DNA of 64,000 bases from Sphingomonas sp. Lineage in GTDB: Bacteria > Pseudomonadota > Alphaproteobacteria > Sphingomonadales > Sphingomonadaceae. The DNA is taken from the NCBI GenBank assembly GCA_035493275.1, contig DATJIN010000003.1:3011-67010 (forward strand), given 5' to 3'. The first letter of the stretch is position 1. The number at the start of each line of letters is the position of its first letter. The position numbers were made by a program, and so were the translations under genes. Below the pieces are notes generated by a model. That model was given only the letters and a program-made list of their open reading frames with translations, made no database searches and had not been told where the DNA came from. Of the stretch, positions 1-8,375 are shown piece by piece.

Positions 1-259
1 CCTTAGCTGCCGCGATCAGTGCCGGCATCGCCGACAGGCCGTCGATGCCGGGCATGTTGATGTCCAGCATAACGACGTCGGCGCGATTATATTCGAGCCA
101 CGCGATCGCGTAAGCGGCTCCGTCGAAGGTCGCGGCGACGCGCAAGCCATCGCCACGCTCGACCATGCGCCCAAGTGCCGTGCGAACGACTGCCGAATCG
201 TCGATGATGACGACATCGGCGGGCCGGCTCAGAGTTGAGGCGGGTTGAGCCGCGGGCAT
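1..259 (-). CDS. cheB: Chemotaxis methylesterase CheB, N-terminal receiver domain (runs off the window; absent from the ORF track)
   Basis: Manual translation from ATG 259: MPAAQPASTLSRPADVVIIDDSAVVRTALGRMVE...DVVMLDINMPGIDGLSAMPALI; follows cheY in cheA-W-Y order. Confidence 0.8.
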   Translation of the reverse strand, partial: MPAAQPASTLSRPADVVIIDDSAVVRTALGRMVERGDGLRVAATFDGAAYAIAWLEYNRADVVMLDINMPGIDGLSAMPALIAAAK

Positions 260-272
260 GGCGCGCGTTTCC

Positions 273-641
273 TTAGAGCGCGCCGACGATTTGCAGCTTG
301 CTCTCCAGCGTGTCGCGATCGAACGGCTTCATAATATATTCGTCCGCACCCGCTTCGATCGCGGCGCGAATGTGTGCGCCCGAGTTTTCGGTCGTACAGA
401 ACACCACTTTGGGCTTGTCGGAGTAAGCCTTGGCGCCCAGCGCGCGGAGAAAGTCCATTCCGCCCATCACCGGCATGTTCCAATCGAGCAGCACGACGTC
501 GGGACGCTTGCTGGCGCAAGCTTCGAGCGCTTCGCTGCCATCGGCCGCCTCCTCGACGCTGAATTCCAGCGTCTCGAGGATGTGACGCGCGACTTTGCGG
601 ATGACCTTGGAATCATCGACTACCAGGCACGTCTTGGACAT
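273..641 (-). CDS. cheY: Chemotaxis response regulator CheY
   Basis: MSKTCLVVDDSKVIRKVARHILE...LLDWNMP...YIMKPF; single receiver domain; start trimmed to ATG 641. Confidence 0.92.
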   Translation of the reverse strand: MSKTCLVVDDSKVIRKVARHILETLEFSVEEAADGSEALEACASKRPDVVLLDWNMPVMGGMDFLRALGAKAYSDKPKVVFCTTENSGAHIRAAIEAGADEYIMKPFDRDTLESKLQIVGAL

Positions 642-696
642 TCTTGCTTCCCGAATTGTGTAAGGCATTGATACGCGAGAACTTGTCACCGCCCGG

Positions 697-1116
697 TTAA
701 TCCGTGGGTGCGACGATCGATTCGATGTCGAGGCTTAGTGCGATGGTGTCGCCCGTTTCGACGGTGCCGCGCGCTGCGCGTGCCCAGCCGGCACCCAGAC
801 CCGGCGGAACCTGCGCTGAAATGTTACGCGGGGCGCCGACTTCATCGACCCCGTCCACCAGCAGGGCGTAGCGATGCTTGTCCCGCGCCACGACCAGCGC
901 GCGGGAGCGATTCGCGTTGGTCGATTCGCCGCAAAGCGCGGTTTCGACGTCGACGACGGTCAAAACATGGCTCCGCACGGCAGCAAGGCCGCGGATGTGC
1001 GGCGGCGCGAGCGGTACCGGCACGATTGCGCCGAGGTCGATCACCGCCTCGACGCTGCCGGCATCGAATGCGACGCGGCGGTCTCCGATACGCGCAAAGA
1101 CGGCAAGGTCGCTCAT
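697..1116 (-). CDS. cheW: CheW coupling protein
   Basis: VPVPLAPPHIRGLAAVRSHVLTVVD CheW signature; 4 nt overlap with cheA. Confidence 0.88.
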   Translation of the reverse strand: MSDLAVFARIGDRRVAFDAGSVEAVIDLGAIVPVPLAPPHIRGLAAVRSHVLTVVDVETALCGESTNANRSRALVVARDKHRYALLVDGVDEVGAPRNISAQVPPGLGAGWARAARGTVETGDTIALSLDIESIVAPTD

Positions 1117-3098
1117 GCCGCAAACCTCCGGTGCGCCGGCATCACCGGTTCGAGCAACGGTACCCCTTGGCCTTCGATCAGGATCAAGCCTTCATATCCT
1201 TCGCCGTCGATCCGCGTAACCGTGTCAATGGGCGCCAGATCGCGCACTGCGGCAACGGGCCAAGCGACCGGACCGGTGGGCGTGTTGAGGCGCAACGTCA
1301 CGACCCTGCCGCTTTCCGGCAACGGACCGTCGATCCGGGCTGGGAACAGCGCGCCATCGATCGTCGCAAAGGCTTCATCGCCGGCTGTCACGAATGCCTC
1401 GCGCGGCAATTCCTCGATGCGGGCGACATGGGCGGCGCGCACTGAGCCGATGCTGCCGTCAAGCCGCTCGAATTGCAGGGCGGACGGGCGCCGTGGAGCA
1501 ATCGCATCCTGGGTCACCGTCCTCCGCTCGCCGCGAGCAATCCCAGCTGCTGCCGCGACACCCAGAGCGTCAAGGAGCAAGAGCGGCTGCCCGTCATCGC
1601 TCAGGCTCTGCCCGGCAAACAACTGTCCAGCAGCGCCCGGCGCGAGCGGACGGGCGACCAATTCCTCGTGCTCGAGCGCAGCGTCGACCGGGAGCGCGAA
1701 ACGCGCGCCGGCACTTTCGATGATGACAAGACGCGAAGGCGGTCGCTCCGGCAGCTTCAGCAACGCGGCCAGCGGCGCCACCGACAGCAGGTTGCCCCGC
1801 AATGACGCGATGTGACTGTCGCCGATGGCCTCGTAACGCACGCTATCGCTGCCGATTGCGACAACCTCATCGATCGCGGCGCGCGGGATGGCGAAGCGCT
1901 GATCGCCGACGCGCACGATGAGACACGTCAGGATCGACAACGTCAACGGCACGCGGATGAGCACGCTCAATCCTTCGCCCGGCCGGTTGTCGAGACTGAC
2001 GCTGCCGCCAATGCCTTCGATGTTCGAGCGAACCACGTCCATGCCGACGCCCCGGCCCGATACGTTGCTCACCTGTGCTGCCGTTGAAAAACCGGGTTCG
2101 AAGATGAGGTTGGCGGCATCGCCGAGCGGCGGTTCGATACCGAGCATCTGCGCCTTGTCGACCAGCCGGGAGACGTCGATGCCGCGCCCGTCGTCGGCGA
2201 TCGCTATCGTGACCTGATTGCCGCTCTGGCGTGCCGTGACGCTGAGCGTTGCGCGGGTGGGCTTGCCGGCCTTGCGACGATCGTTCTCGATGCCGTGATC
2301 GATCGCGTTACGCACGATGTGTGTCAGCGGATCCTTCAGCGCCTCGACCATCTCGCGGTCGATCTCGACATCGTCGCCTTCGATCACGAGGGCGACGTCC
2401 TTGCTGAGTACGGCGGCCGTATCGCGGACAAGACGCGGCAGGCCACGGAACAGGCGTTCGATTGGCTGCAAGCGCGCCCGGCCGATACTGTCGCGCAATT
2501 CGCCTACGACGTTGGTCAATGGGGTGAGGCTGGCGGTAAGTTCGGTATCGTCACGCACCCGGCGCGCCAGATCATTGCGGGCGAGTACAAGGTCGGAAAC
2601 CTGGCCCATAATCGTTTCGAGTAGTGTTACGGGCACGCGGATGGTCGAAGGGGCCGACGCTTGCGGCGCGGTAACCGGCGCGGCTTCGGGCACGACTTCG
2701 GCAGCGGGTGCGGCGTCGGTTGCAGCGAGCCCGGCGATGAGCGCATCATCACTCGCCAGATCGGGGGCTTCGCCCGTCTCCAGTCCTTCGACAAGCTGAG
2801 CAATGCGGTCGATCAATGCGAGCATGGCGCTGACCAAACGGCGATCAGGCGTCCGTGCACCGTCGCGCGCAGCGGCCAGCACCTCTTCGGCGGAATGGGC
2901 CAAGCCGCCGATACGCGGCTGATTGACGAAACCGCAGCTGCCCTTGATCGTGTGGACGAGACGAAACACCGCATCTATCGTCGCGCGATCGTCGGGGTTG
3001 CCCTCCCAGGCGAGGAGGTGATCGCCGACGCCCTCAAGCATTTCGCGCGTTTCTGCGACGAATTCCTGGGTCAGTTCATCGATTTCGAGCGCGGCCAT
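1113..3098 (-). CDS. cheA: Chemotaxis histidine kinase CheA
   Basis: Hpt VFRLVHTIKGSCGF; HIVRNAIDHGIE, DDGRGID, GFSTA, SGRGVGMDVV boxes; C-terminal CheW-like domains. Confidence 0.95.
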   Translation of the reverse strand: MAALEIDELTQEFVAETREMLEGVGDHLLAWEGNPDDRATIDAVFRLVHTIKGSCGFVNQPRIGGLAHSAEEVLAAARDGARTPDRRLVSAMLALIDRIAQLVEGLETGEAPDLASDDALIAGLAATDAAPAAEVVPEAAPVTAPQASAPSTIRVPVTLLETIMGQVSDLVLARNDLARRVRDDTELTASLTPLTNVVGELRDSIGRARLQPIERLFRGLPRLVRDTAAVLSKDVALVIEGDDVEIDREMVEALKDPLTHIVRNAIDHGIENDRRKAGKPTRATLSVTARQSGNQVTIAIADDGRGIDVSRLVDKAQMLGIEPPLGDAANLIFEPGFSTAAQVSNVSGRGVGMDVVRSNIEGIGGSVSLDNRPGEGLSVLIRVPLTLSILTCLIVRVGDQRFAIPRAAIDEVVAIGSDSVRYEAIGDSHIASLRGNLLSVAPLAALLKLPERPPSRLVIIESAGARFALPVDAALEHEELVARPLAPGAAGQLFAGQSLSDDGQPLLLLDALGVAAAAGIARGERRTVTQDAIAPRRPSALQFERLDGSIGSVRAAHVARIEELPREAFVTAGDEAFATIDGALFPARIDGPLPESGRVVTLRLNTPTGPVAWPVAAVRDLAPIDTVTRIDGEGYEGLILIEGQGVPLLEPVMPAHRRFAA

Positions 3099-3123
3099 GC
3101 CGTGAGGCGTGGCACGATCGGGG

Positions 3124-3138
3124 TTAAGATGAGGCTAA
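3124..3138 (-). promoter_or_regulatory. CtrA box upstream of cheA
   Basis: Minus strand TTAG-CCTCATC-TTAAC against consensus TTAA-N7-TTAA(C), 26-40 bp before the cheA ATG. Confidence 0.65.
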
Positions 3139-3773
3139 GCGCGCCCCAGTGTCGCGCCGAACAGCAGCACGCCTTCTTCGGGCGAAACCACCTGTGCATG
3201 CCCGCCGCTGGCCGCAGTGAGGCTGTGAACCAGCCATGCGGGTGCGAGCTTCGGAGTCGGTGCAGCATGTCCGTTGGCGAGCGTGGAAGCGATTTCGGGA
3301 TCGAGCACCAGCCTGCTCCCCTCGGCGCGAATAACCAATTCGGTCGCATTCCCGCGCGATTCGGCACCCACCGCCAGCCTGCCGCCGCGGACCAGCGACT
3401 CCCCCGCGAGCAACGCCAAGTTGAGCATCACCTTTATGGAGGTCTTGTCGAGCTGCGCATCCTCGACCAACCAGTCGACCGCAATCTTGCCGTCGCTGCC
3501 GAGCAAGCCTTCGATCGCCGAACGCGCCTCACCGGTATCGATCCGGTCGCCGAAGCCGCCCGCCGCACCAAACGCCAAACGGAAGAATTTGAGCTTGTTG
3601 GCCGACACGCGCGCGCTGTCGCCAAGCAGGCCCATGATTTGCCCGCGCATATCCTCGTCAGTTTCGTCGGCGAGCAGTTCGAGCCCGTTAGACATGGCGC
3701 CAACAGGGCTCAATAAGTCATGGCACAGCCGCGAACAGAACAGACTGGCAAGGTCGATGGGGTCAGCCGTCAT
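3135..3773 (-). CDS. chpT: Histidine phosphotransferase ChpT
   Basis: LFCSRLCHDLLSPVGAMSNGLELL and KLKFFRLAFGAAG motifs. Confidence 0.93.
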   Translation of the reverse strand: MTADPIDLASLFCSRLCHDLLSPVGAMSNGLELLADETDEDMRGQIMGLLGDSARVSANKLKFFRLAFGAAGGFGDRIDTGEARSAIEGLLGSDGKIAVDWLVEDAQLDKTSIKVMLNLALLAGESLVRGGRLAVGAESRGNATELVIRAEGSRLVLDPEIASTLANGHAAPTPKLAPAWLVHSLTAASGGHAQVVSPEEGVLLFGATLGRA

Positions 3774-3789
3774 TCGTTAGGCTGCAGCC

Positions 3790-5046
3790 CTAAGCCGCAG
3801 CCTTATCCTTCGAATAAACACGCACTGGCTCCTTCGTGCCGGCGACGACATCCTTGTCGATCATGACTTCGTCGACGCCGTCCATACCCGGCAGATCGAA
3901 CATCGTGTCGAGCAGGATCGTCTCCAGAATCGAGCGAAGCCCGCGAGCGCCGGTCTTGCGCTCGATGCCCTTCTTGGCGATCGCGGTCAGGGCATCGTCG
4001 GTGAAGCCGAGCTCGACATCCTCCATCTCGAACAGCTTGCGATACTGTTTGACGAGGGCGTTCTTCGGTTCGGTCAGGATCTTGACCAGTGCGTCGGTGT
4101 CGAGATCTTCAAGCGTCGCAATGACCGGCAGACGGCCGACGAACTCAGGGATCAGGCCGAACTTGAGCAGATCTTCCGGCTCGGTGGACTGCAAGATGAC
4201 GCCCGTCCGGCGCTCGTCGGGCGCGGCAACATGCGCGCCGAAGCCCATCGACTTGCCTTCAAGGCGGTCCGAAATGATCTTTTCGAGGCCCGAGAAAGCG
4301 CCGCCGCAGATGAACAGGATGTTGGTCGTGTCGACCTGCAGAAACTCCTGCTGCGGATGCTTGCGGCCGCCCTGCGGCGGGACGGAAGCGGTGGTGCCTT
4401 CCATCAGCTTGAGCAGCGCCTGCTGCACGCCCTCCCCGCTTACGTCGCGGGTGATCGAAGGGTTCTCGGCCTTGCGCGAAATCTTGTCGATTTCGTCGAT
4501 GTAAACGATGCCGCGCTGCGCGCGTTCGACATTGTAGTCCGAGGCCTGAAGCAGCTTGAGAATGATATTTTCGACGTCTTCGCCGACATAGCCGGCTTCG
4601 GTCAGCGTCGTCGCATCGGCCATCGTGAAGGGCACGTCGAGGATGCGCGCCAGCGTCTGCGCCAGCAGCGTCTTGCCACAGCCCGTGGGACCAACAAGCA
4701 GGATATTCGACTTAGCGAGCTCAACATCGGCGCCCTTCGCGCCGTGGTTCAACCGCTTGTAATGATTGTGCACCGCGACCGAGAGGACGCGCTTCGCCTT
4801 TTTCTGGCCGATGACGTAATCGTCGAGCACGTCGCAGATTTCCTGCGGCGTGGGCACACCGCCGTCCTTCTTGCTGACGAGCGCCGCCTTCGTCTCTTCG
4901 CGGATGATGTCGTTGCACAAATCGACGCATTCATCGCAGATGAACACGGTCGGACCCGCGATAAGCTTGCGGACCTCATGCTGCGACTTGCCGCAGAACG
5001 AGCAGTAAAGCGTCGACTTGGAGTCGGAACCGCTGAGCTTCGTCAT
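3790..5046 (-). CDS. clpX: Clp protease ATP-binding subunit ClpX
   Basis: CSFCGK..ICDEC zinc finger, [20 protein letters not shown]. Confidence 0.99.
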   Translation of the reverse strand: MTKLSGSDSKSTLYCSFCGKSQHEVRKLIAGPTVFICDECVDLCNDIIREETKAALVSKKDGGVPTPQEICDVLDDYVIGQKKAKRVLSVAVHNHYKRLNHGAKGADVELAKSNILLVGPTGCGKTLLAQTLARILDVPFTMADATTLTEAGYVGEDVENIILKLLQASDYNVERAQRGIVYIDEIDKISRKAENPSITRDVSGEGVQQALLKLMEGTTASVPPQGGRKHPQQEFLQVDTTNILFICGGAFSGLEKIISDRLEGKSMGFGAHVAAPDERRTGVILQSTEPEDLLKFGLIPEFVGRLPVIATLEDLDTDALVKILTEPKNALVKQYRKLFEMEDVELGFTDDALTAIAKKGIERKTGARGLRSILETILLDTMFDLPGMDGVDEVMIDKDVVAGTKEPVRVYSKDKAAA

Positions 5047-5141
5047 TCACACCTTCCAAACGGGGCGAGCACTGCCCGCCGCCATGTTACCGCACTGTCA
5101 TTAACGAGCAATGCGGAAAATCCGTAGGCCCTTGCGGCCAT

Positions 5142-5177
5142 TTGGCACCTGCGATTCACACGATTCACAAGTGCCAA
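5142..5177. repeat. Inverted repeat TTGGCAC/GTGCCAA enclosing tandem (CGATTCACA)2
   Basis: Read directly in the clpP-clpX spacer; contains two GANTC sites. Confidence 0.85.
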
Positions 5178-5188
5178 TAGCGTTACTG

Positions 5189-5836
5189 TCAGGCGGCCGC
5201 CGCCAAGCCTTCATCGGTCGGCTGCGGACGCTTGTCATACACATGATCGATGAGGCCAAACGTCTTGGCTTCATCCGCTTCGAGAAAATTGTCACGGTCC
5301 ATAGCGCGTTCGATCTCCTCGACGGTCTTGCCGGTATACTTGGCATAGAGCGTATTGAGCCGGTGACGCATGCGCAGGATTTCCTTGGCCTGGATTTCGA
5401 TGTCCGAAGCCATGCCCTGCGCGCCGCCCGAAGGCTGGTGGACCATGATCCGGCTATTGGTCAGCGCAACGCGCTTGCCCGGCTCGCCGGCCGCCAGCAG
5501 GAAACTGCCCATCGACGCCGCCTGGCCAATGCATACCGTCCCCACTTCGGGACGAATATATTGCATAGTGTCGTGGATCGCGAGACCCGCGGTCACCACG
5601 CCGCCCGGCGAGTTGATGTACATGTAGATGTCCTTCTTGGGGTTCTCCGACTCCAAAAAGAGCAGCTGCGCGGTGATCAGCGAGGCCATCTGATCCTCGA
5701 CGCCGCCGACGATGAACACAATCCGTTCGCGCAACAGGCGCGAATAGATGTCAAAGCTGCGCTCGCCGCGGCTCGACTGTTCGATGACGATGGGAACGAG
5801 GCCGCCAATGATGTCGGCGTGGTCTGGCGTGCTCAT
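5189..5836 (-). CDS. clpP: Clp protease proteolytic subunit ClpP
   Basis: [31 protein letters not shown]. Confidence 0.99.
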   Translation of the reverse strand: MSTPDHADIIGGLVPIVIEQSSRGERSFDIYSRLLRERIVFIVGGVEDQMASLITAQLLFLESENPKKDIYMYINSPGGVVTAGLAIHDTMQYIRPEVGTVCIGQAASMGSFLLAAGEPGKRVALTNSRIMVHQPSGGAQGMASDIEIQAKEILRMRHRLNTLYAKYTGKTVEEIERAMDRDNFLEADEAKTFGLIDHVYDKRPQPTDEGLAAAA

Positions 5837-5864
5837 GAAATGTCCTTGGTTCTTGCCCGAGCGC

Positions 5865-5895
5865 CTATGTCGGCGGTCCTGCTGCCCTGTTCAAG
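5865..5895 (-). promoter_or_regulatory. RpoH (sigma32)-like promoter of clpP
   Basis: CTTGAA-N16-CCGACATAG on the minus strand about 30 bp before the ATG; -10 element imperfect. Confidence 0.45.
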
Positions 5896-5943
5896 CCCCG
5901 TTGGTGAAACGCATTGGGACGATGGCACCTTCGGAAAATATGC

Positions 5944-5958
5944 CTAACCAAAGGTTAA
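5944..5958. promoter_or_regulatory. CtrA box in the clpP / methyltransferase divergent spacer
   Basis: CTAA-CCAAAGG-TTAA; extra half-site TTAACC at 6004-6009. Confidence 0.6.
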
Positions 5959-6037
5959 GCTCGGACCGCCTCGACCGCGATTTGTTACTGTCACAAACCA
6001 CATTTAACCGCGTTGAGATGATACAGGATACCATAGG

Positions 6038-7441
6038 ATGAGCGACTGGTCGCATGGCTACGACGTTTCGACCGGTTACACCTATGGTTTCGGGCGAGAG
6101 ATGGTGCCTGCCTGGCTCGATTTGTGCGCGCATGTGGCGGGCTGGCAGCCGCCGGACGATACGACGCGACGACGCTATCTCGATCTGGGCTGCGGTCAGG
6201 GCATGGGTCTGTGCCTGCTTGCCGCCGTGTGCCCAGACATGGATTTCGTCGGGATCGACTTTCACCCCGAGCATATCGATCATGCCAACGGGCTGGCCGC
6301 CGCTGCAGCCCTGACCAATGTCCGATTCGAGCAGGCCGATTTCCTCGCGCTGGCCGAGACTTGGCCAACCGAACTCGGCACGTTCAACTATGTCGTGATG
6401 CACGGCATCAGCAGCTGGGTGTCGAGTGCCGTGCGCGCCGCCGCCATCGCGTGCCTGCGGCACGCAACGACATCCGGCAGTCTGGTCTACAACAGTTACA
6501 ACACCCAGCCGGGCTGGCTCGCGACCATGCCGTTCCGGCACATCACCCAGCGGATCAAGGCGGTCGGCGATCAATCGGGACGTACGGTGATCGACGAATC
6601 GGTGGCGCTGTTCGATCGTCTGCGCGCTGGCGGTGCCGACACGTTCCGCATCCTGCCGGGGCTCGTGGCACAGATCGATGCCGTGAAGAGCAAGAACACG
6701 GCTTACCTGTCCAGCGAGTATCTGTCGGAATATTGGCAGCTGTTCTGGCATTCGGAGATGGCTGCCGAGCTTGCAAATGCCGGCTTCGTTTATCTCGGTC
6801 CGGCAACCGTCGCCGAGACCATGCTACCACATCTGTTGCCGCCGCGGCTGCGCGATACCGTACTGGCACAGAACGACCCGGGTCTGCGCGAGGATGTGCA
6901 GGACTTCGTGATCAACCAATCGTTCCGCCGGGATCTCTATTGCCGCGGGCCCTGGCCCAATGCCGGACGGCGACTGGATACGCTGGGCGATGTGCGGTTG
7001 TTCTTGTCCGACCCGCCTGTGGGTGACGAGGTCAAGATCAAGGCTGCGTTCGGCGAAATCTCGCTGAAGGTGCAGATGCTGGCAGAAATGCTATCCAGTC
7101 TGCGAGATGCCTCGGCAACGATTGCCGAATTGGCACTGCTCCCGTCGATGCGCGCGCAGGGTCAGGCAAATGTCGCGCAACTGGCGTTGCTGCTGTTGCA
7201 CAGGGGCGTGCTCGCCATCGCTGCGCCGCAAACGGACAGAGCCGCAGCACTGCGGCTCAATCGCATTATCGCCGAGCGAGCCGGAGAAGGCATGCCTTAC
7301 GATTTCCTCGCTGCGCCGGCGATTGCTTCGGCCATCGGCGTGACCCGAGAAGAGATGGTGCGGTTCGGCCAATTCCTTGGCGGATCGCTCGATAACGCTG
7401 CCCTGCCCGCGCGTTGGCGCGCGCTTGGCGTGATCGACTGA
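6038..7441 (+). CDS. Class I SAM-dependent methyltransferase with probable methyltransferase regulatory domain
   Basis: YLDLGCGQG motif I, FVGIDF, YVVMHGISSWV, SYNTQPGW, YLSSEYL, INQSFRRDLY. Confidence 0.85.
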   Translation: MSDWSHGYDVSTGYTYGFGREMVPAWLDLCAHVAGWQPPDDTTRRRYLDLGCGQGMGLCLLAAVCPDMDFVGIDFHPEHIDHANGLAAAAALTNVRFEQADFLALAETWPTELGTFNYVVMHGISSWVSSAVRAAAIACLRHATTSGSLVYNSYNTQPGWLATMPFRHITQRIKAVGDQSGRTVIDESVALFDRLRAGGADTFRILPGLVAQIDAVKSKNTAYLSSEYLSEYWQLFWHSEMAAELANAGFVYLGPATVAETMLPHLLPPRLRDTVLAQNDPGLREDVQDFVINQSFRRDLYCRGPWPNAGRRLDTLGDVRLFLSDPPVGDEVKIKAAFGEISLKVQMLAEMLSSLRDASATIAELALLPSMRAQGQANVAQLALLLLHRGVLAIAAPQTDRAAALRLNRIIAERAGEGMPYDFLAAPAIASAIGVTREEMVRFGQFLGGSLDNAALPARWRALGVID

Positions 7442-7443
7442 GT

Positions 7444-8361
7444 TCAGGCGCCCGGCGCGGGTTGCGCGAGGTAGGCCAGGCGCTTCGCCTCCCGGCGACC
7501 TCTGACTACCGTATCGAGGATCAGGCCGGTAAACACGCTAAGTGCCGAAAGCAGCACCAAACCGGTAGCGAGAATTGCGGTGGGGAAGCGCGGCACCAGC
7601 CCTGTCGCCGCATAGGTTTCCAGTAGTGGCTCGGCGAGGATCAGGGCCGTGAGCAGCAGTGCGAACGCTGCGGTGCCGAAGAAGGCCAACGGCCGTTCGA
7701 GGCGGAATAGCATCGCGATCGTCTTGAGGATGCGCCAGCCATCGCCATACGTGTTGAGCTTGCTGACCGACCCCTCGGGCCGCGCCGCATAGGCCGTGAC
7801 GACCTCTGCGACCGGCATGCGCATTTCGAGCGCGTGAACGCTGATCTCGGTTTCGATCTCGAACCCTGCGGACAGCAGCGGAAATGACTTCACGAAACGC
7901 CGCGAAAACACGCGGTAACCGCTCAAAATATCGGTGAAACTTCGTCCGAAAGTCCAAGCAAGCATGCCCGTCAGCATGCGGTTGCCGAGCCGGTGCCCGC
8001 GCCGATACGCTGCCTCGACTTCCGACTTGCGCGCGCCCACCACCATGTCGAGCCGTTCGTCGAGAAGGCGCTGGATCAGTGCCGGTGCCGCCGCAGCCTC
8101 ATAGGTCGCGTCACCGTCGGCGAGAACGTAAATATCGGCGTCGATATCCGCGAACATGCGGCGGACGACATGCCCTTTCCCCTGCATCCGTTCAGTGCCG
8201 ATGATCGCGCCAACGGCCTTAGCCGCCGCGATGGTCTCGTCCGACGAATTGTTGTCGTAAACATGGATCGCCGCATCGGGCAGTGCCGCGCGGAAATCCG
8301 CGACAGTCCGCGCAATCGCCGCCTCCTCATTGTAACATGGCAGGAGGACGGCGATTTTCAT
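7444..8361 (-). CDS. GT2 glycosyltransferase (polyprenol-phosphate glycosyltransferase-like) with two C-terminal TM helices
   Basis: LLPCYNEE, YDNNSSD, ADGDATY, DILSGYRVFSR, GFEIETE. Confidence 0.9.
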   Translation of the reverse strand: MKIAVLLPCYNEEAAIARTVADFRAALPDAAIHVYDNNSSDETIAAAKAVGAIIGTERMQGKGHVVRRMFADIDADIYVLADGDATYEAAAAPALIQRLLDERLDMVVGARKSEVEAAYRRGHRLGNRMLTGMLAWTFGRSFTDILSGYRVFSRRFVKSFPLLSAGFEIETEISVHALEMRMPVAEVVTAYAARPEGSVSKLNTYGDGWRILKTIAMLFRLERPLAFFGTAAFALLLTALILAEPLLETYAATGLVPRFPTAILATGLVLLSALSVFTGLILDTVVRGRREAKRLAYLAQPAPGA

Positions 8362-8375
8362 CCGCGCGATTTCAC

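Noticed and set aside
3110-5930. TGGCAC hexamers as sigma54 -24 elements (near 3110, 5143, 5923)
   Set aside because: None has TTGC at the -12 position
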